A stretch of 64,000 bases of DNA from Fidelibacterota bacterium (GCA_021734325.1 JAIPJF010000010.1:34555-98554), one strand, 5' to 3'. Shown: positions 19,655 to 29,430, counted from the stretch's first letter. Program-made: numbers and translations. Notes: a model not told the origin generated them from the sequence alone.

Positions 19655-20306
19655 TTATTGCTGAGTGACCGTCACGTTATCACGATTAATTGTACAAACC
19701 CTCTTTCCATCATTTGGATTATTGAAGTGAATCATATCGTCCAAGTTAAACTGAATTAAAATTTCAATCGAATTGGATCTTGGAATTGTGTCATTCTGGA
19801 ATCCGAAAGTGGCCCCTAGAAAAATGAGTGTGTCTTTTGGGGCTAGAATGTGCTCCCTGTCAAGAAATATTGAATTAAACTCTGAGTACCACACATCAAC
19901 TGAATCAATCTCATTTAATGTTGTAGTATCTCCACCAAATACGTATTGGTATCCCTTGAAATGATTTATTGAAGTATTAAACTCAGCTGGTAGCGAATCG
20001 GAATTTGTGATATCGTAGATAATTGAATCTTCAAAATTGATATTAATCTCAGACCTTAACTCTTCACATCTTGGATTGCTACTATCGTATTCAGGATAAC
20101 GTCTAAATTTTAGTCTGGTAATATGAACGCGTAAAGATTCTAGCCCAAGAGTGTCCTTATCTTGATTGACGCTCATTAGCCTTAACACCAATGGAATTTT
20201 AGTATACTCATAATCCATTGGATCAGGATTCTCATCACATGAGTTTGAATGATGACAAGTGATCACTATCACAAACAGAATGGGAATATATAGAAAGTTT
20301 TTCATG
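19655..20306 (-). CDS. hypothetical secreted protein or lipoprotein (island gene 2)
   Basis: Start assigned at ATG 20306 (MKNFLYIPILFVIVITCHHSNSC), which gives a signal peptide with Cys. The gene is AT-rich and I recognise no family. Confidence 0.5.
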
Positions 20307-20326
20307 TTTTGGGTCTTTCTAACGTC

Positions 20327-20431
20327 GCGGCTCAGTGCGTTTAAACCCAACCGCAAACTTTCCTTGAAAATGTAATTCCACAAAAATTTAAAATCTAAAA
20401 ATCGTCACGGGTTTAAATCCACTGCAGCCGC
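20327..20431. repeat. imperfect ~22-bp inverted repeat (GCGGCTCAGTGCGTTTAAACCC ... GGGTTTAAATCCACTGCAGCCGC) flanking a 60-bp spacer between the two island genes
   Basis: Arm 1 is at 20327-20348 and arm 2 at 20409-20431. The reverse complement of arm 2 matches arm 1 at ~20 of 23 positions. It sits 13 nt after the stop of the upstream gene and ~20 nt before the ATG of the downstream gene. Confidence 0.5.
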
Positions 20432-20443
20432 ATGGTTATGTGA

Positions 20444-21364
20444 TCAATACCATTCTCTTCTTTGATATTCAGAATTCTTCAGTGAATCAATGTTCGGAAA
20501 AATTAAGTTTTTATGCGTCATTTTTCTAATGATGAATTGCCCATCTAAAATGAGAGTATCGCATGAATACTTTGTATTTTGAAAGGGCAATTTTACCAAT
20601 TCACGTTTATATCGTTCATTAGATTCGAGAATTAGTTTTGTAATACGAGAATCTGGTCTATGAGAAATCTGATCTGCTATTTTCCATTTAATATATGAAT
20701 CATGAGATATAAGATTCATGTTATCCTTTTTAATATAATTCAAATTCGATATATCGAGCGACCCTCTTTCTGTATATGTAACACCATTAAATGACCAATG
20801 AAAATAAAAGGGTAAAAAATCATGTAGATCCATATATGGAAAATAATAAAAGAGTTTATCCTCAACAGGGTATTCAATTAAATTTGTGGGTTTAAATAAA
20901 ATGCTTACTGACATACTACCTGAAGGATATAATTCATCACACTGAATTTTCACTGTTTCAGAAGTTGTAATATTGTTTGCGCCCGTAGCAAATGTTGATG
21001 TAACATTTATTTTCTCAATTTTATCCGAATATAGAATTTCATTACCCAAATAGACGCCTGGAATGTCAAATTCTAAAAATAGCTTTTCTATTTTTGTCCC
21101 TTTAGTTTTAACAGAACTTACATCTACCAATAACTTATTATCAATTAACTCTTGCATTTTAATATCTATATTTGGTTTTAATTCTTGCCACTTTTTATTA
21201 TGCTGTCTGGTTTGATTCAAATTATTCAGATATATTCCGAATATTGTCAATAGAATGCCACTGAATAAACCCAAGATAAAGCCCCGAAAATTGCCTCCGC
21301 CTCTATTTGCGTTTGTTTCTTTCGGAGTTCTATGAATTCTTTTTTGTTTTCTTGATATATGCAT
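20444..21364 (-). CDS. hypothetical N-terminally membrane-anchored protein (island gene 1)
   Basis: 306 aa. A basic N-terminus is followed by a single TM helix (FILGLFSGILLTIFGIYL) and a large Asn/Lys/Tyr-rich soluble domain. The gene is AT-rich. Confidence 0.5.
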   Translation of the reverse strand: MHISRKQKRIHRTPKETNANRGGGNFRGFILGLFSGILLTIFGIYLNNLNQTRQHNKKWQELKPNIDIKMQELIDNKLLVDVSSVKTKGTKIEKLFLEFDIPGVYLGNEILYSDKIEKINVTSTFATGANNITTSETVKIQCDELYPSGSMSVSILFKPTNLIEYPVEDKLFYYFPYMDLHDFLPFYFHWSFNGVTYTERGSLDISNLNYIKKDNMNLISHDSYIKWKIADQISHRPDSRITKLILESNERYKRELVKLPFQNTKYSCDTLILDGQFIIRKMTHKNLIFPNIDSLKNSEYQRREWY

Positions 21365-21842
21365 AGCATCTACTCACATAACAGTTATTCTACTGATCCG
21401 TCTAACATCCAATTTGCCCCTCACCAGTCGGTATAATGTGATTTTTGAGTTCGCAGTAATCAGCTGAGCTACAATTTGTTACGGGGAAATTCAATTTATC
21501 TGTCTTTTTATACTGGTCAGTATAACATGCCTCAATTTGAATCACCTAAAATATCTAATGGATTCATCACACCCGCTGGCCCTTTATTCAAAACATGCGG
21601 TTAGATCATGGTGGTCTTTAAATTCTTGTGGCCAAGTAATTCCTGTACCGTTCGAATGTCATAGCCCCCCTCCAATAAATGAGTAGCAAAAGAGTGCCTG
21701 AAACTATGACAACTGATCCGCTTCGTCAAGCTACATATATAAATAGAAAGTTTGACTGCGCGTTGTACGATAAAAGCCTCCAGATTGTGCCGACCCCGTT
21801 TACTGCATGCACCTACAACACCTCACTCCTAACTCACAATGC

Positions 21843-22658
21843 CTACCAATACCGCTCCAGATGGATCTGTCCCGGCGATTTCTTGCTGTGCTCCCTAAAA
21901 CCCTCAGACTCCAGTGTCTCCACCATGGTGTCGATCATACTGGGATTCCCACAGAGAAAGATATGACTGTTGTCTGGATGGGGTTCAAAACCGGCTTTTT
22001 CCTGAATAATCTTTTTGATCCATAACTCCTGGATATAGCCCGATTCCCCACCCCATGGAATGTGCTCGGAATCTGGCCGGGTTATGGCTGGTATATAGGT
22101 GAAATTACGACAGACATTGGCAATTGTATTCAACTCTGATCGATACCCCAGATCCCAGCTATGACGGGCTCCGTGAACGATGACGTATTTGCGACTGCTA
22201 TTGCACGGCAGGTCATCTCGCAGCATACTCATGTAGGGAGCCAGGCCAGTACCTGTCCCCAGCAAAATGATATTCGATCCTGGTTTGACCATATCCAGGG
22301 TGAACATGCCGGTAAATTTGTTGGATAAAAAGATTTTATCACCAGTTTTGAGATTAAAAATCCTTGGTGTCAAAGCCCCAGAAGCAACCATGGTGATATA
22401 AAATTCAATATATTCCTTGTTCACAGATGAGGAAGACACGGAATACGCCCGCCGAATAAGTTTGCTTGGATCTTTCAAATCTTCTTCTGGATCAGCAAAT
22501 TCATGGCGGGGAGCTGTTCCAGGCAATCCCAGTACGGTAAATTGTCCAGCTTTAAAATTTGGTAATTCCCAATCAACTGGAATGATGCGGAGTATGATTA
22601 AGCCTGGTGAAACTTCAATTTTCTGTGAGACAATTGCATTTAGTTGGTCATTTGACAT
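21843..22658 (-). CDS. fpr: ferredoxin/flavodoxin-NADP+ reductase (FAD/NAD-binding oxidoreductase)
   Basis: It carries the ...KAGQFTVLGLPG...RAYSVSSS... FAD-binding motif and the ...LLGTGTGLAPY... NAD-binding motif. Confidence 0.75.
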   Translation of the reverse strand: MSNDQLNAIVSQKIEVSPGLIILRIIPVDWELPNFKAGQFTVLGLPGTAPRHEFADPEEDLKDPSKLIRRAYSVSSSSVNKEYIEFYITMVASGALTPRIFNLKTGDKIFLSNKFTGMFTLDMVKPGSNIILLGTGTGLAPYMSMLRDDLPCNSSRKYVIVHGARHSWDLGYRSELNTIANVCRNFTYIPAITRPDSEHIPWGGESGYIQELWIKKIIQEKAGFEPHPDNSHIFLCGNPSMIDTMVETLESEGFREHSKKSPGQIHLERYW

Positions 22659-22689
22659 TGATCGCTTCTTTCATTTCTGTGGTTTTGGT

Positions 22690-23487
22690 TCATGCTGGCA
22701 GGAGATTTGCCTTTTTGAGTATGTCGGTCATTTGATTTGCATTTTTGATGGCCTGTCCCCTGGCATGATTGTTAAATGAAACATAGGTTGTTTTGGCTAG
22801 ACGAGCCATATCTGTGATCCTGGGCAGCCATTCCTCCAATTCCTCCTGGCTGTATTCATAATCATAGCGGCTCACATTATCACCCTTCCACCAGTTCTCA
22901 TCATTTCGTCCGTGAAACCGTAGATAGGCAATATCCGATGTCACAGCCTCATAGGGAGGCATGCCTCCCTTCAGCTTTGGTGAATCCAGCATGGAGATTC
23001 CCCAGCCTTTTTGTTTGAGTTCCAAAAACACCGAATCCCTTATCCATCCGGGGTGTCTAAATTCCACTACCAGAGGTAAGGTGACCAGATCCTCGAGGAG
23101 GTTCCATAAGTATTTCCTGTTCTCAGGCGTATATGAAAAAGAATATGGAAACTGAAGGAGAACTGCCCCCAGATGATCCTCCTCGTCCAGAATCTTTACC
23201 GATCTTAGAAAGTCCTGCCGCGCCTGAGGTGTTTCAACTCTGTCGTGAGTTAACGACTTGTGCGCTTTAATAGCAAAGCTAAGCGGATATTTGAGAAAGT
23301 TCTCCATCTGCTTCTCTGTGGGCATTCGATAATAGCTAAAATTCAATTCACAAAAATCAAAGTGTTCAGCATAAAATTCCAGCCATTTCCCTTTTGGAAG
23401 CCCAACTGGATAAAATGCCTCAACCCAATCAGGGTATGCATATCCTGAGGTTCCTATTTTGATGGATGATGCTTTGGATTCTATCAA
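22690..23487 (-). CDS. DUF72 (YecE-like) family protein
   Basis: It has IKIGTSGYAYPDWVEAFYP near the N-terminus and the TIM-barrel DUF72 pattern. Confidence 0.8.
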   Translation of the reverse strand: MIESKASSIKIGTSGYAYPDWVEAFYPVGLPKGKWLEFYAEHFDFCELNFSYYRMPTEKQMENFLKYPLSFAIKAHKSLTHDRVETPQARQDFLRSVKILDEEDHLGAVLLQFPYSFSYTPENRKYLWNLLEDLVTLPLVVEFRHPGWIRDSVFLELKQKGWGISMLDSPKLKGGMPPYEAVTSDIAYLRFHGRNDENWWKGDNVSRYDYEYSQEELEEWLPRITDMARLAKTTYVSFNNHARGQAIKNANQMTDILKKANLLPA

Positions 23488-23912
23488 TGGTGACCTGTTC
23501 CCCTGCTCTATTTACCTCAAACGACTTTGATATAATATCACTGCCAGGTGTGGAACTAGCCATGAAAAATTATCCCACTGGTCAATTAAATCAATCCCCG
23601 GCCTGGTCCACGCCCATGCTATCACTGTGATTTTCCTCACAACATGTTCACTGCCACACCCATCAGCCGTGAGAAGTACATCTACTGCTATTCCAATATA
23701 ATAATTTGTTAATACTTTACTTACACATCCGTGGCCAAGGTCTGGACCAACTTTTTTTCGTGTTATCAGAGGGGCCACTTCCTGAACTCAACGACATTTA
23801 ATACTTGAAATATTAAGTGACCGTTTAGATTCAATGCTAAGTTTATATGTAGAACTGTATTCAGTTGATGTGCAATGGGTACAGTGAGGGTAAGAGGCAC
23901 AGAGGATAAAAT

Positions 23913-26900
23913 ATGATGAAACATTCAATTAAAGAAGCAAAGACAGAGGGACAAATGAATCGAAAATCGAACAGGCGGAGTTTTTATTCAGCCTCCATAG
24001 TACTGGTTCTATTTACGCTTTCCGCATGCGATTTGACAGAGAAACTTCAAATTCCGACTTGGACCAATCGGGTTGAGTTTCCATTGATCAATGAAAGCGT
24101 GACCCTGGATAACCTGAAAGAGAACGAGAATATTCGCACCCAGTTGTACTCAAACGGCACAGACACAATATACGCATATGCCGATACAACAGAAATGGAC
24201 ACCCAAATGGTTGGCGACCAGTTAGCCCTGGATGATATACACAAATCATTTTCCCAATCTGTTGATGATGTGACTGTTTCAGGTTCCACCATCAACCAGT
24301 CAAACGGTTTCGATCCTGTTGGCATCGATCCTGTCTCTGAGGATACCCCCTCTGCATTAGGCCCCATCGAATTGGCAAATATTCCCCCGGCTCCAACTCC
24401 AGCCATAATCCTGAGGGATATTTTTCCAGCTGTCGATGGACTCAGCGATGGAGATCAGATCGTACCTGGTGGACCTTTGGATACCGTCTGGACCAACTTC
24501 ACATTCAGTGATTTTCAATCCGCCAGCTTCATTAGTGGAACGCTTAAACTTACGATCAACAACAATATGAGCCTCTATCTCGGGAACGATATCAATGTTC
24601 AATTGCAAGAGATTTCTGGAAGCGACACAATCGATATTCCCGGAGCAACAGTCGACTGGACGACACCCATTGCACCTTCCACAAGTTCGTTCGGGACTCT
24701 GGACCTTCAGAATAAGATCTTACCAGGAACGATAATCATTAGAATTTCCGGTGCAACAGTGGGCTCGAACGGTCAACTGGTGACGATCAATGAAAGTGCA
24801 AGAGCCTCCAGCTTTAGCATTGATGTTGAAGGATTTGATCTCGTCGTAAGCCAGGCCAACGCAAAAGTTCCATCACAGACAATCTCAGAAAACGGCAGCA
24901 TTCTCCTCGCAGACTCTGAAAATAAAATTGAGCAGGCACAAATACAGATGGGTTCACTCTCCATTGAAATTGACAACAAGATGGCCGTTCCTGCAGATCT
25001 TGTGATCACTATCGATTCCCTGGTAGATCAGAGTGGCACGGCATTCAGTAAATCAATTCCAATCGCTGCCAATGATGCAATAGCTGATATGAATATGATC
25101 GATAACTACAAGCTCCTGATGACACTGGCACAACAAGAAATCACCTACAGCTATCTGGTCAATACGACGGACACAGGCGATAATAAAGTTACTGTCTCGG
25201 AGAATGACTCAATCAAGGTGACCATTTCTCTTTATGGAGAGACGGCTGGAAGTCAAATCTTCTTTAGCAGCATCCAGGGTATTATTAAACCTCAGACCAT
25301 CGTGGATACTGGAGATATTAATGTTAGCTCTGATTCAAAGATAATTGAAGCAGATATTTCCGTCGGATCTCTCTCGATCGATGTCGATAACCGTGTGAAT
25401 CGATCTGGATTCGCTGGCTTGCCAACAATCATCCTCACCATTCCTGAGCTCCTTGATGCAAGCTCTCAACCACTTACTGATAGCCTGGTTCTTCAACCAA
25501 ACCCAAGTGCAAATACCTTGAATTTTGACCTGTCTGAATATACCCTTGTATTTGCGGACACATCATCACAGGTATTGACCTATGAAACGAGGGTGAGAAC
25601 TCCAGCTGGCGAAACAGGCAGTTACAATCTTGAGGACTCAATCAACGTCGAAATTGTGGTCGCCGATATGGAATTTTCATCAGTAAGAGGATATTTCAAC
25701 CAGGATGCCATTGTTGATTCCAACGAAATCGCCCTTACCGAAGGTACCAAATTACTTCAAGCTGTTTTTGAAACCGGAGATCTGGTCCTGACCATGACCA
25801 ATGAGATGGGTGTTGTGGCAGATGTTGAGTTCAAGATTGAAGAGTTCAAACATTATATCAGCAACCAGCCTTTAAACGTGAATTTTCGATTGGAGGACTT
25901 AACTACCCCTCAGGACACGGTGATCGATCTGACTGATTACAATTTGGTCTTTGATTCTGCAATCTCAGGAACAGATCAGGCCATCCACTATGTGTCCACA
26001 GTAGCCCTTCCCGCCGATAAGGAAATGACCTTATCATTTAGTGATTCCATTCTTATTGATGTCGATCTCACAAATCTGGCCATGGAAAGCGTCACGGGAA
26101 TCATCGAACCCGATACCCTGCAAATTGCTGCCAGCGAACAGGAGATCAATTTACCTGATCTGGTAGCCGATCTCAGCTTCGAGAAGGTGAACATTGATAT
26201 CGATTTCAACAGTACATTTGAGATTCCCATTTTCTTGACACTCAATCTTTCAGCCACTAATTCAGATAACGTAACCGAAGAGATATCCGTTACGAAGACA
26301 GTGACCCCAGGTGATCAAATTGTACATATTGACGCAGCAGCATTATTGAATATTCATCCGGAAACCATTGTTACCAGTGGACAGGCAATTGTTGGGGATG
26401 GCATTACTGAGAGCCGTATCGAAAAGGGGCAGCAAATGAGTCCCATCATGTATTTGAACATACCTCTTTCCCTGATAATCGATGATCCACCCTTCATTGA
26501 TTTTGATGTTAGCAGTTCAGATTCTCCGCTTCCCGAGGATGAAACAATCACGCTTGAGGAAGTGATCCTGAAAACTGTATCGGTAAACCTGTTCGAATTT
26601 GGGGCAAGGGTCGTGGTCCTGGCAAGCAATGATAGTCTCGCTTTTGACAGTCTGGCTATTGCAGCTGGGAGCGCCCCCATTGCTGATACGCTGATGACAT
26701 TTGAGATCATGCCATTTGAGAATACAGATGATTCTGCAGAGAAGGATACAAGTGCAGTGATTCTTTCTCCTGATTTACTTAGTATCCTGGAGAATCGGTT
26801 CTATACCAAACCTGAAGTTCAACTTTTGGGAACCTCAGATGGGACACCCTCACGTTTCTTTACCACCGATTCGTTGACGATCACGTCATGGGGTAGCATA

Positions 26901-26945
26901 TCATTTACCGTTCACGGAGACGCAATAGATGGAGCTTCAAAATGA
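23913..26945 (+). CDS. very large low-complexity surface lipoprotein (1010 aa; T/S/D/I/V-rich, predicted beta-rich)
   Basis: Lipoprotein signal (…VLVLFTLSAC). The true start may be the internal Met at ~23955. No T9SS CTD or other known domain is recognised. Its stop overlaps the next ATG (ATGA). Confidence 0.6.
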   Translation: MMKHSIKEAKTEGQMNRKSNRRSFYSASIVLVLFTLSACDLTEKLQIPTWTNRVEFPLINESVTLDNLKENENIRTQLYSNGTDTIYAYADTTEMDTQMVGDQLALDDIHKSFSQSVDDVTVSGSTINQSNGFDPVGIDPVSEDTPSALGPIELANIPPAPTPAIILRDIFPAVDGLSDGDQIVPGGPLDTVWTNFTFSDFQSASFISGTLKLTINNNMSLYLGNDINVQLQEISGSDTIDIPGATVDWTTPIAPSTSSFGTLDLQNKILPGTIIIRISGATVGSNGQLVTINESARASSFSIDVEGFDLVVSQANAKVPSQTISENGSILLADSENKIEQAQIQMGSLSIEIDNKMAVPADLVITIDSLVDQSGTAFSKSIPIAANDAIADMNMIDNYKLLMTLAQQEITYSYLVNTTDTGDNKVTVSENDSIKVTISLYGETAGSQIFFSSIQGIIKPQTIVDTGDINVSSDSKIIEADISVGSLSIDVDNRVNRSGFAGLPTIILTIPELLDASSQPLTDSLVLQPNPSANTLNFDLSEYTLVFADTSSQVLTYETRVRTPAGETGSYNLEDSINVEIVVADMEFSSVRGYFNQDAIVDSNEIALTEGTKLLQAVFETGDLVLTMTNEMGVVADVEFKIEEFKHYISNQPLNVNFRLEDLTTPQDTVIDLTDYNLVFDSAISGTDQAIHYVSTVALPADKEMTLSFSDSILIDVDLTNLAMESVTGIIEPDTLQIAASEQEINLPDLVADLSFEKVNIDIDFNSTFEIPIFLTLNLSATNSDNVTEEISVTKTVTPGDQIVHIDAAALLNIHPETIVTSGQAIVGDGITESRIEKGQQMSPIMYLNIPLSLIIDDPPFIDFDVSSSDSPLPEDETITLEEVILKTVSVNLFEFGARVVVLASNDSLAFDSLAIAAGSAPIADTLMTFEIMPFENTDDSAEKDTSAVILSPDLLSILENRFYTKPEVQLLGTSDGTPSRFFTTDSLTITSWGSISFTVHGDAIDGASK

Positions 26946-28879
26946 GAAAATCAAACCTTCTTTTAGCTCTGCTCATACTGGCAAGTTTTCTTCATGGGCA
27001 GACCGATAGTATCGATACAGATTCGACCACAGTAAGTAACGAGATTGAAAACACTTCGACTGAGTCAGTACCGATTTCAGAAACAGTCATGGATACTATT
27101 GACACCCCTGATACGATTGATACTGCTCTGGAAGAAACCAAAACAACGCTCGGTGATAGCTTGGCTGAGGGTGGTGAAATAGAATATTCCGTTATAACAC
27201 CATCCCCTGTCAGGATAGTGGGTCTCATGTATGACGGCCCACTGTACTACTGGTCAAACGATAATCTCGTAAACATTGGTTTCGAGCAAAATAGTTATCT
27301 CAGCTTTGAAGATCCAATCCTCCTGGCTGTCAAGGCAAAGGATTGCACCGATATTGTTTGTCACTTGCTTGAAAGTGATACCAGCTATGCAGATTATGTC
27401 GTTGTGAGTTCTATCGATGACCCTGTGGTCCAGATTTACGAAATAGCTACCAGAGCCAATATCATTGAAACCAATAAAGTGGAAGCCCTCGCTTTATTCG
27501 AAAATTACCTTAAGGAGAATGGCTACCAAAACTTGTTTATGACTGCAGCTGTCCATGAGACAGTACCGGATTTGGATGCCGATCTTGAGATGAATTTGGA
27601 CCTGCGGAGAGCACAGTTCCTGCAGCTCAGACAAAGTAAATTCAGATCGATGAAGGAATTATTTGCAAATCCGGCAAACTTCGCCAGAACTTTCGAATCC
27701 CACACCAGTTGGAATGTTTTTCCTGATTTCAAGATGAACATTCATAATTCTCTCCTCACCCCAGGGTGGTATAAGGAATGGTGGACGACGGGTATGGTGA
27801 TGACTGATGCTCAGAAGAATGATTACCTTGGAACAATTATTGACAAAGATATTGTGTTGAAGATACAGCCTGAATTTCAGTCCATATTTGGTTTCAGGAT
27901 CGGACAGTTCGGTTTTAATCTTTCCGGTGTATCCTTTTTCAAATTGGTCATGCCAGGTAACATTCTTGGAAAATCGATCCCAATACTTCCCATAGAGGAC
28001 ATTGCACTGGATCAGCCCATCAGTAACTCTGGTTTAGAATTTGAAGCTATCCCCTTTGGGCTGAAAACATCCCTTTCATACGCTCATCCGCTTGAGACCG
28101 AGTATGGTAATCTCAAAGTGGGAGTGAATCTTAATTTCTATAAGGCTTCAGGCTACATTCACATGGTCAGTGATGATTTTACCGTTATCCTCGCACCCGA
28201 CTCTGTGCACGTAACAGCCACAGGTGAAGGGTGGGTAACAAAAGGAGGGATTCAAGGGCATTTGGATGACCTGAATACAGATAATCTTGAGTTTTCAGAA
28301 ACTTTATCAGATATCACCATGGGAATTGATCTAGGCTTGATCTTAGATCTTAGAGAACGTCTACATCAGGAGGTCGAGATCCAGTTATCTCTGCGGAACC
28401 TGGGAGCTCAGTATAAGTGGTCAAATTTGAGCCATGAAACATGGACATTTGAGCAGCATTCACCTGGCGTCTTCACAGCAGTTGATAGTATCGAACAATA
28501 TCAGGTCACTGAAACAACTGTTCTTGGAACGCAAGCAGAGTATAGTGTAAATATTCCAACAGTTCTGAACATAAGAGGATTCTATCAACCTGTCCATAAT
28601 GTGCTATTGGGTGCTGGAATCGAGAAAGCATTTACCGATATCACTCGATTCGGTTATAGCCCGGATCTGGAAATTTCTTTTCAAGCCAACTATTATCCTG
28701 TACGCTGGTTGGATTTAAACTACTATCTCGCACCGAGATATGGCGATCCCACGCATACCTTTGGAACTGGCCTTCATATCGGTTTTCTGGACACCGGTCT
28801 ATCTCTTTCATTCCTGAATGGTTTGAATAGCAACGCGAAAGGTGTTGGTTTTACCTTTTATAGCAGCATGCACTTTTAA
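26942..28879 (+). CDS. secreted beta-rich protein, candidate outer-membrane beta-barrel (C-terminal Phe)
   Basis: It has a signal peptide (MRKSNLLLALLILASFLHGQ) and alternating hydrophobic beta-strand-like patterns. It ends ...GFTFYSSMHF, a terminal aromatic typical of OMPs. Its start is translationally coupled to the upstream gene. Confidence 0.5.
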   Translation: MRKSNLLLALLILASFLHGQTDSIDTDSTTVSNEIENTSTESVPISETVMDTIDTPDTIDTALEETKTTLGDSLAEGGEIEYSVITPSPVRIVGLMYDGPLYYWSNDNLVNIGFEQNSYLSFEDPILLAVKAKDCTDIVCHLLESDTSYADYVVVSSIDDPVVQIYEIATRANIIETNKVEALALFENYLKENGYQNLFMTAAVHETVPDLDADLEMNLDLRRAQFLQLRQSKFRSMKELFANPANFARTFESHTSWNVFPDFKMNIHNSLLTPGWYKEWWTTGMVMTDAQKNDYLGTIIDKDIVLKIQPEFQSIFGFRIGQFGFNLSGVSFFKLVMPGNILGKSIPILPIEDIALDQPISNSGLEFEAIPFGLKTSLSYAHPLETEYGNLKVGVNLNFYKASGYIHMVSDDFTVILAPDSVHVTATGEGWVTKGGIQGHLDDLNTDNLEFSETLSDITMGIDLGLILDLRERLHQEVEIQLSLRNLGAQYKWSNLSHETWTFEQHSPGVFTAVDSIEQYQVTETTVLGTQAEYSVNIPTVLNIRGFYQPVHNVLLGAGIEKAFTDITRFGYSPDLEISFQANYYPVRWLDLNYYLAPRYGDPTHTFGTGLHIGFLDTGLSLSFLNGLNSNAKGVGFTFYSSMHF

Positions 28880-28898
28880 CAGGCAATATAATCGAATT

Positions 28899-28930
28899 AA
28901 AAAAGGCCGGATGATTCCGGCCTTTTTTAT
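28899..28930. terminator. bidirectional rho-independent terminator
   Basis: AAAAAGGCCGGATGATTCCGGCCTTTTTTAT has a 7-bp GC stem, a 4-nt loop, an A-run upstream and a T-run downstream. It sits between convergent genes ending at 28879 and 28947. Confidence 0.75.
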
Positions 28931-28946
28931 TCTTCAGGTAAATCTA

Positions 28947-29429
28947 TCAGGGGTTCCCAGAGCCCTGCTCCTCTGGACCAAATCTTCTGTCCTTCATATA
29001 CTGCTTCAAATCACTTCTGAATCGAGACTCAAAACTAAGATAAAGTAACTGTTGTTGCGGGGTCAGGTAGTCAGGTAGCGATTTTATAAACTCATGTTTT
29101 ATGTCATGCATCTTTTTTTGGCTATCATTGTACTTCAAGATCAATTTATTGACTTCCTCCTGACTCACACTGCCTTTTTTCAACAAGGCTTCGCCCTCAT
29201 GATCTAGTGCTTCAAATTCTTTTTGGGCTTCTTTCAGTTTTCGTTCATGTATTTGGATCATGGGCAAAAATGTAAGCGTTTGATCCTCAGTCAGTTCCAG
29301 AACTTCTACGAGTCTCCAAATCCTGATCGCATCCATATTATGTGGATGCATACCCTTTCCTCTGGATTGAGCCTGTATTGATATCCCCAGAATGAGGATG
29401 AGGGCCAATGTTTTCATACTATTTCGCAT
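28947..29429 (-). CDS. periplasmic LTXXQ-motif (Spy/CpxP-like) protein
   Basis: It has a signal peptide, an LTEDQ motif and a helical, charged sequence. It lies downstream of the ECF sigma and anti-sigma pair. Confidence 0.6.
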   Translation of the reverse strand: MRNSMKTLALILILGISIQAQSRGKGMHPHNMDAIRIWRLVEVLELTEDQTLTFLPMIQIHERKLKEAQKEFEALDHEGEALLKKGSVSQEEVNKLILKYNDSQKKMHDIKHEFIKSLPDYLTPQQQLLYLSFESRFRSDLKQYMKDRRFGPEEQGSGNP

Positions 29430-29430
29430 A

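Larger units (their letters stand above)
19600..21700. other. AT-rich (low-GC) two-gene island, probably horizontally acquired
   Basis: Its base composition is visibly much more AT-rich than the flanking ~45% GC genes. It contains two hypothetical genes, and the downstream spacer of ~480 bp is also AT-rich and non-coding. Confidence 0.45.

Noticed and set aside
21600-21700. tRNA-like fragment (…ACCGTTCGAATG…) as a possible attachment site for the low-GC island
   Set aside because: There is only a loose resemblance to a T-arm (GGTTCGAAT consensus). No acceptor or anticodon stems can be built, and no integrase is present.
21679-21966. 95-aa plus-strand ORF
   Set aside because: It overlaps the 3' end of the well-supported fpr gene on the opposite strand and begins in AT-rich non-coding DNA without a start context. 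I judge it spurious.
23512-23778. 88-aa minus-strand ORF in the spacer upstream of the giant lipoprotein gene
   Set aside because: No RBS or promoter context and an unremarkable composition. It is more likely a chance ORF within the 425-bp regulatory region.
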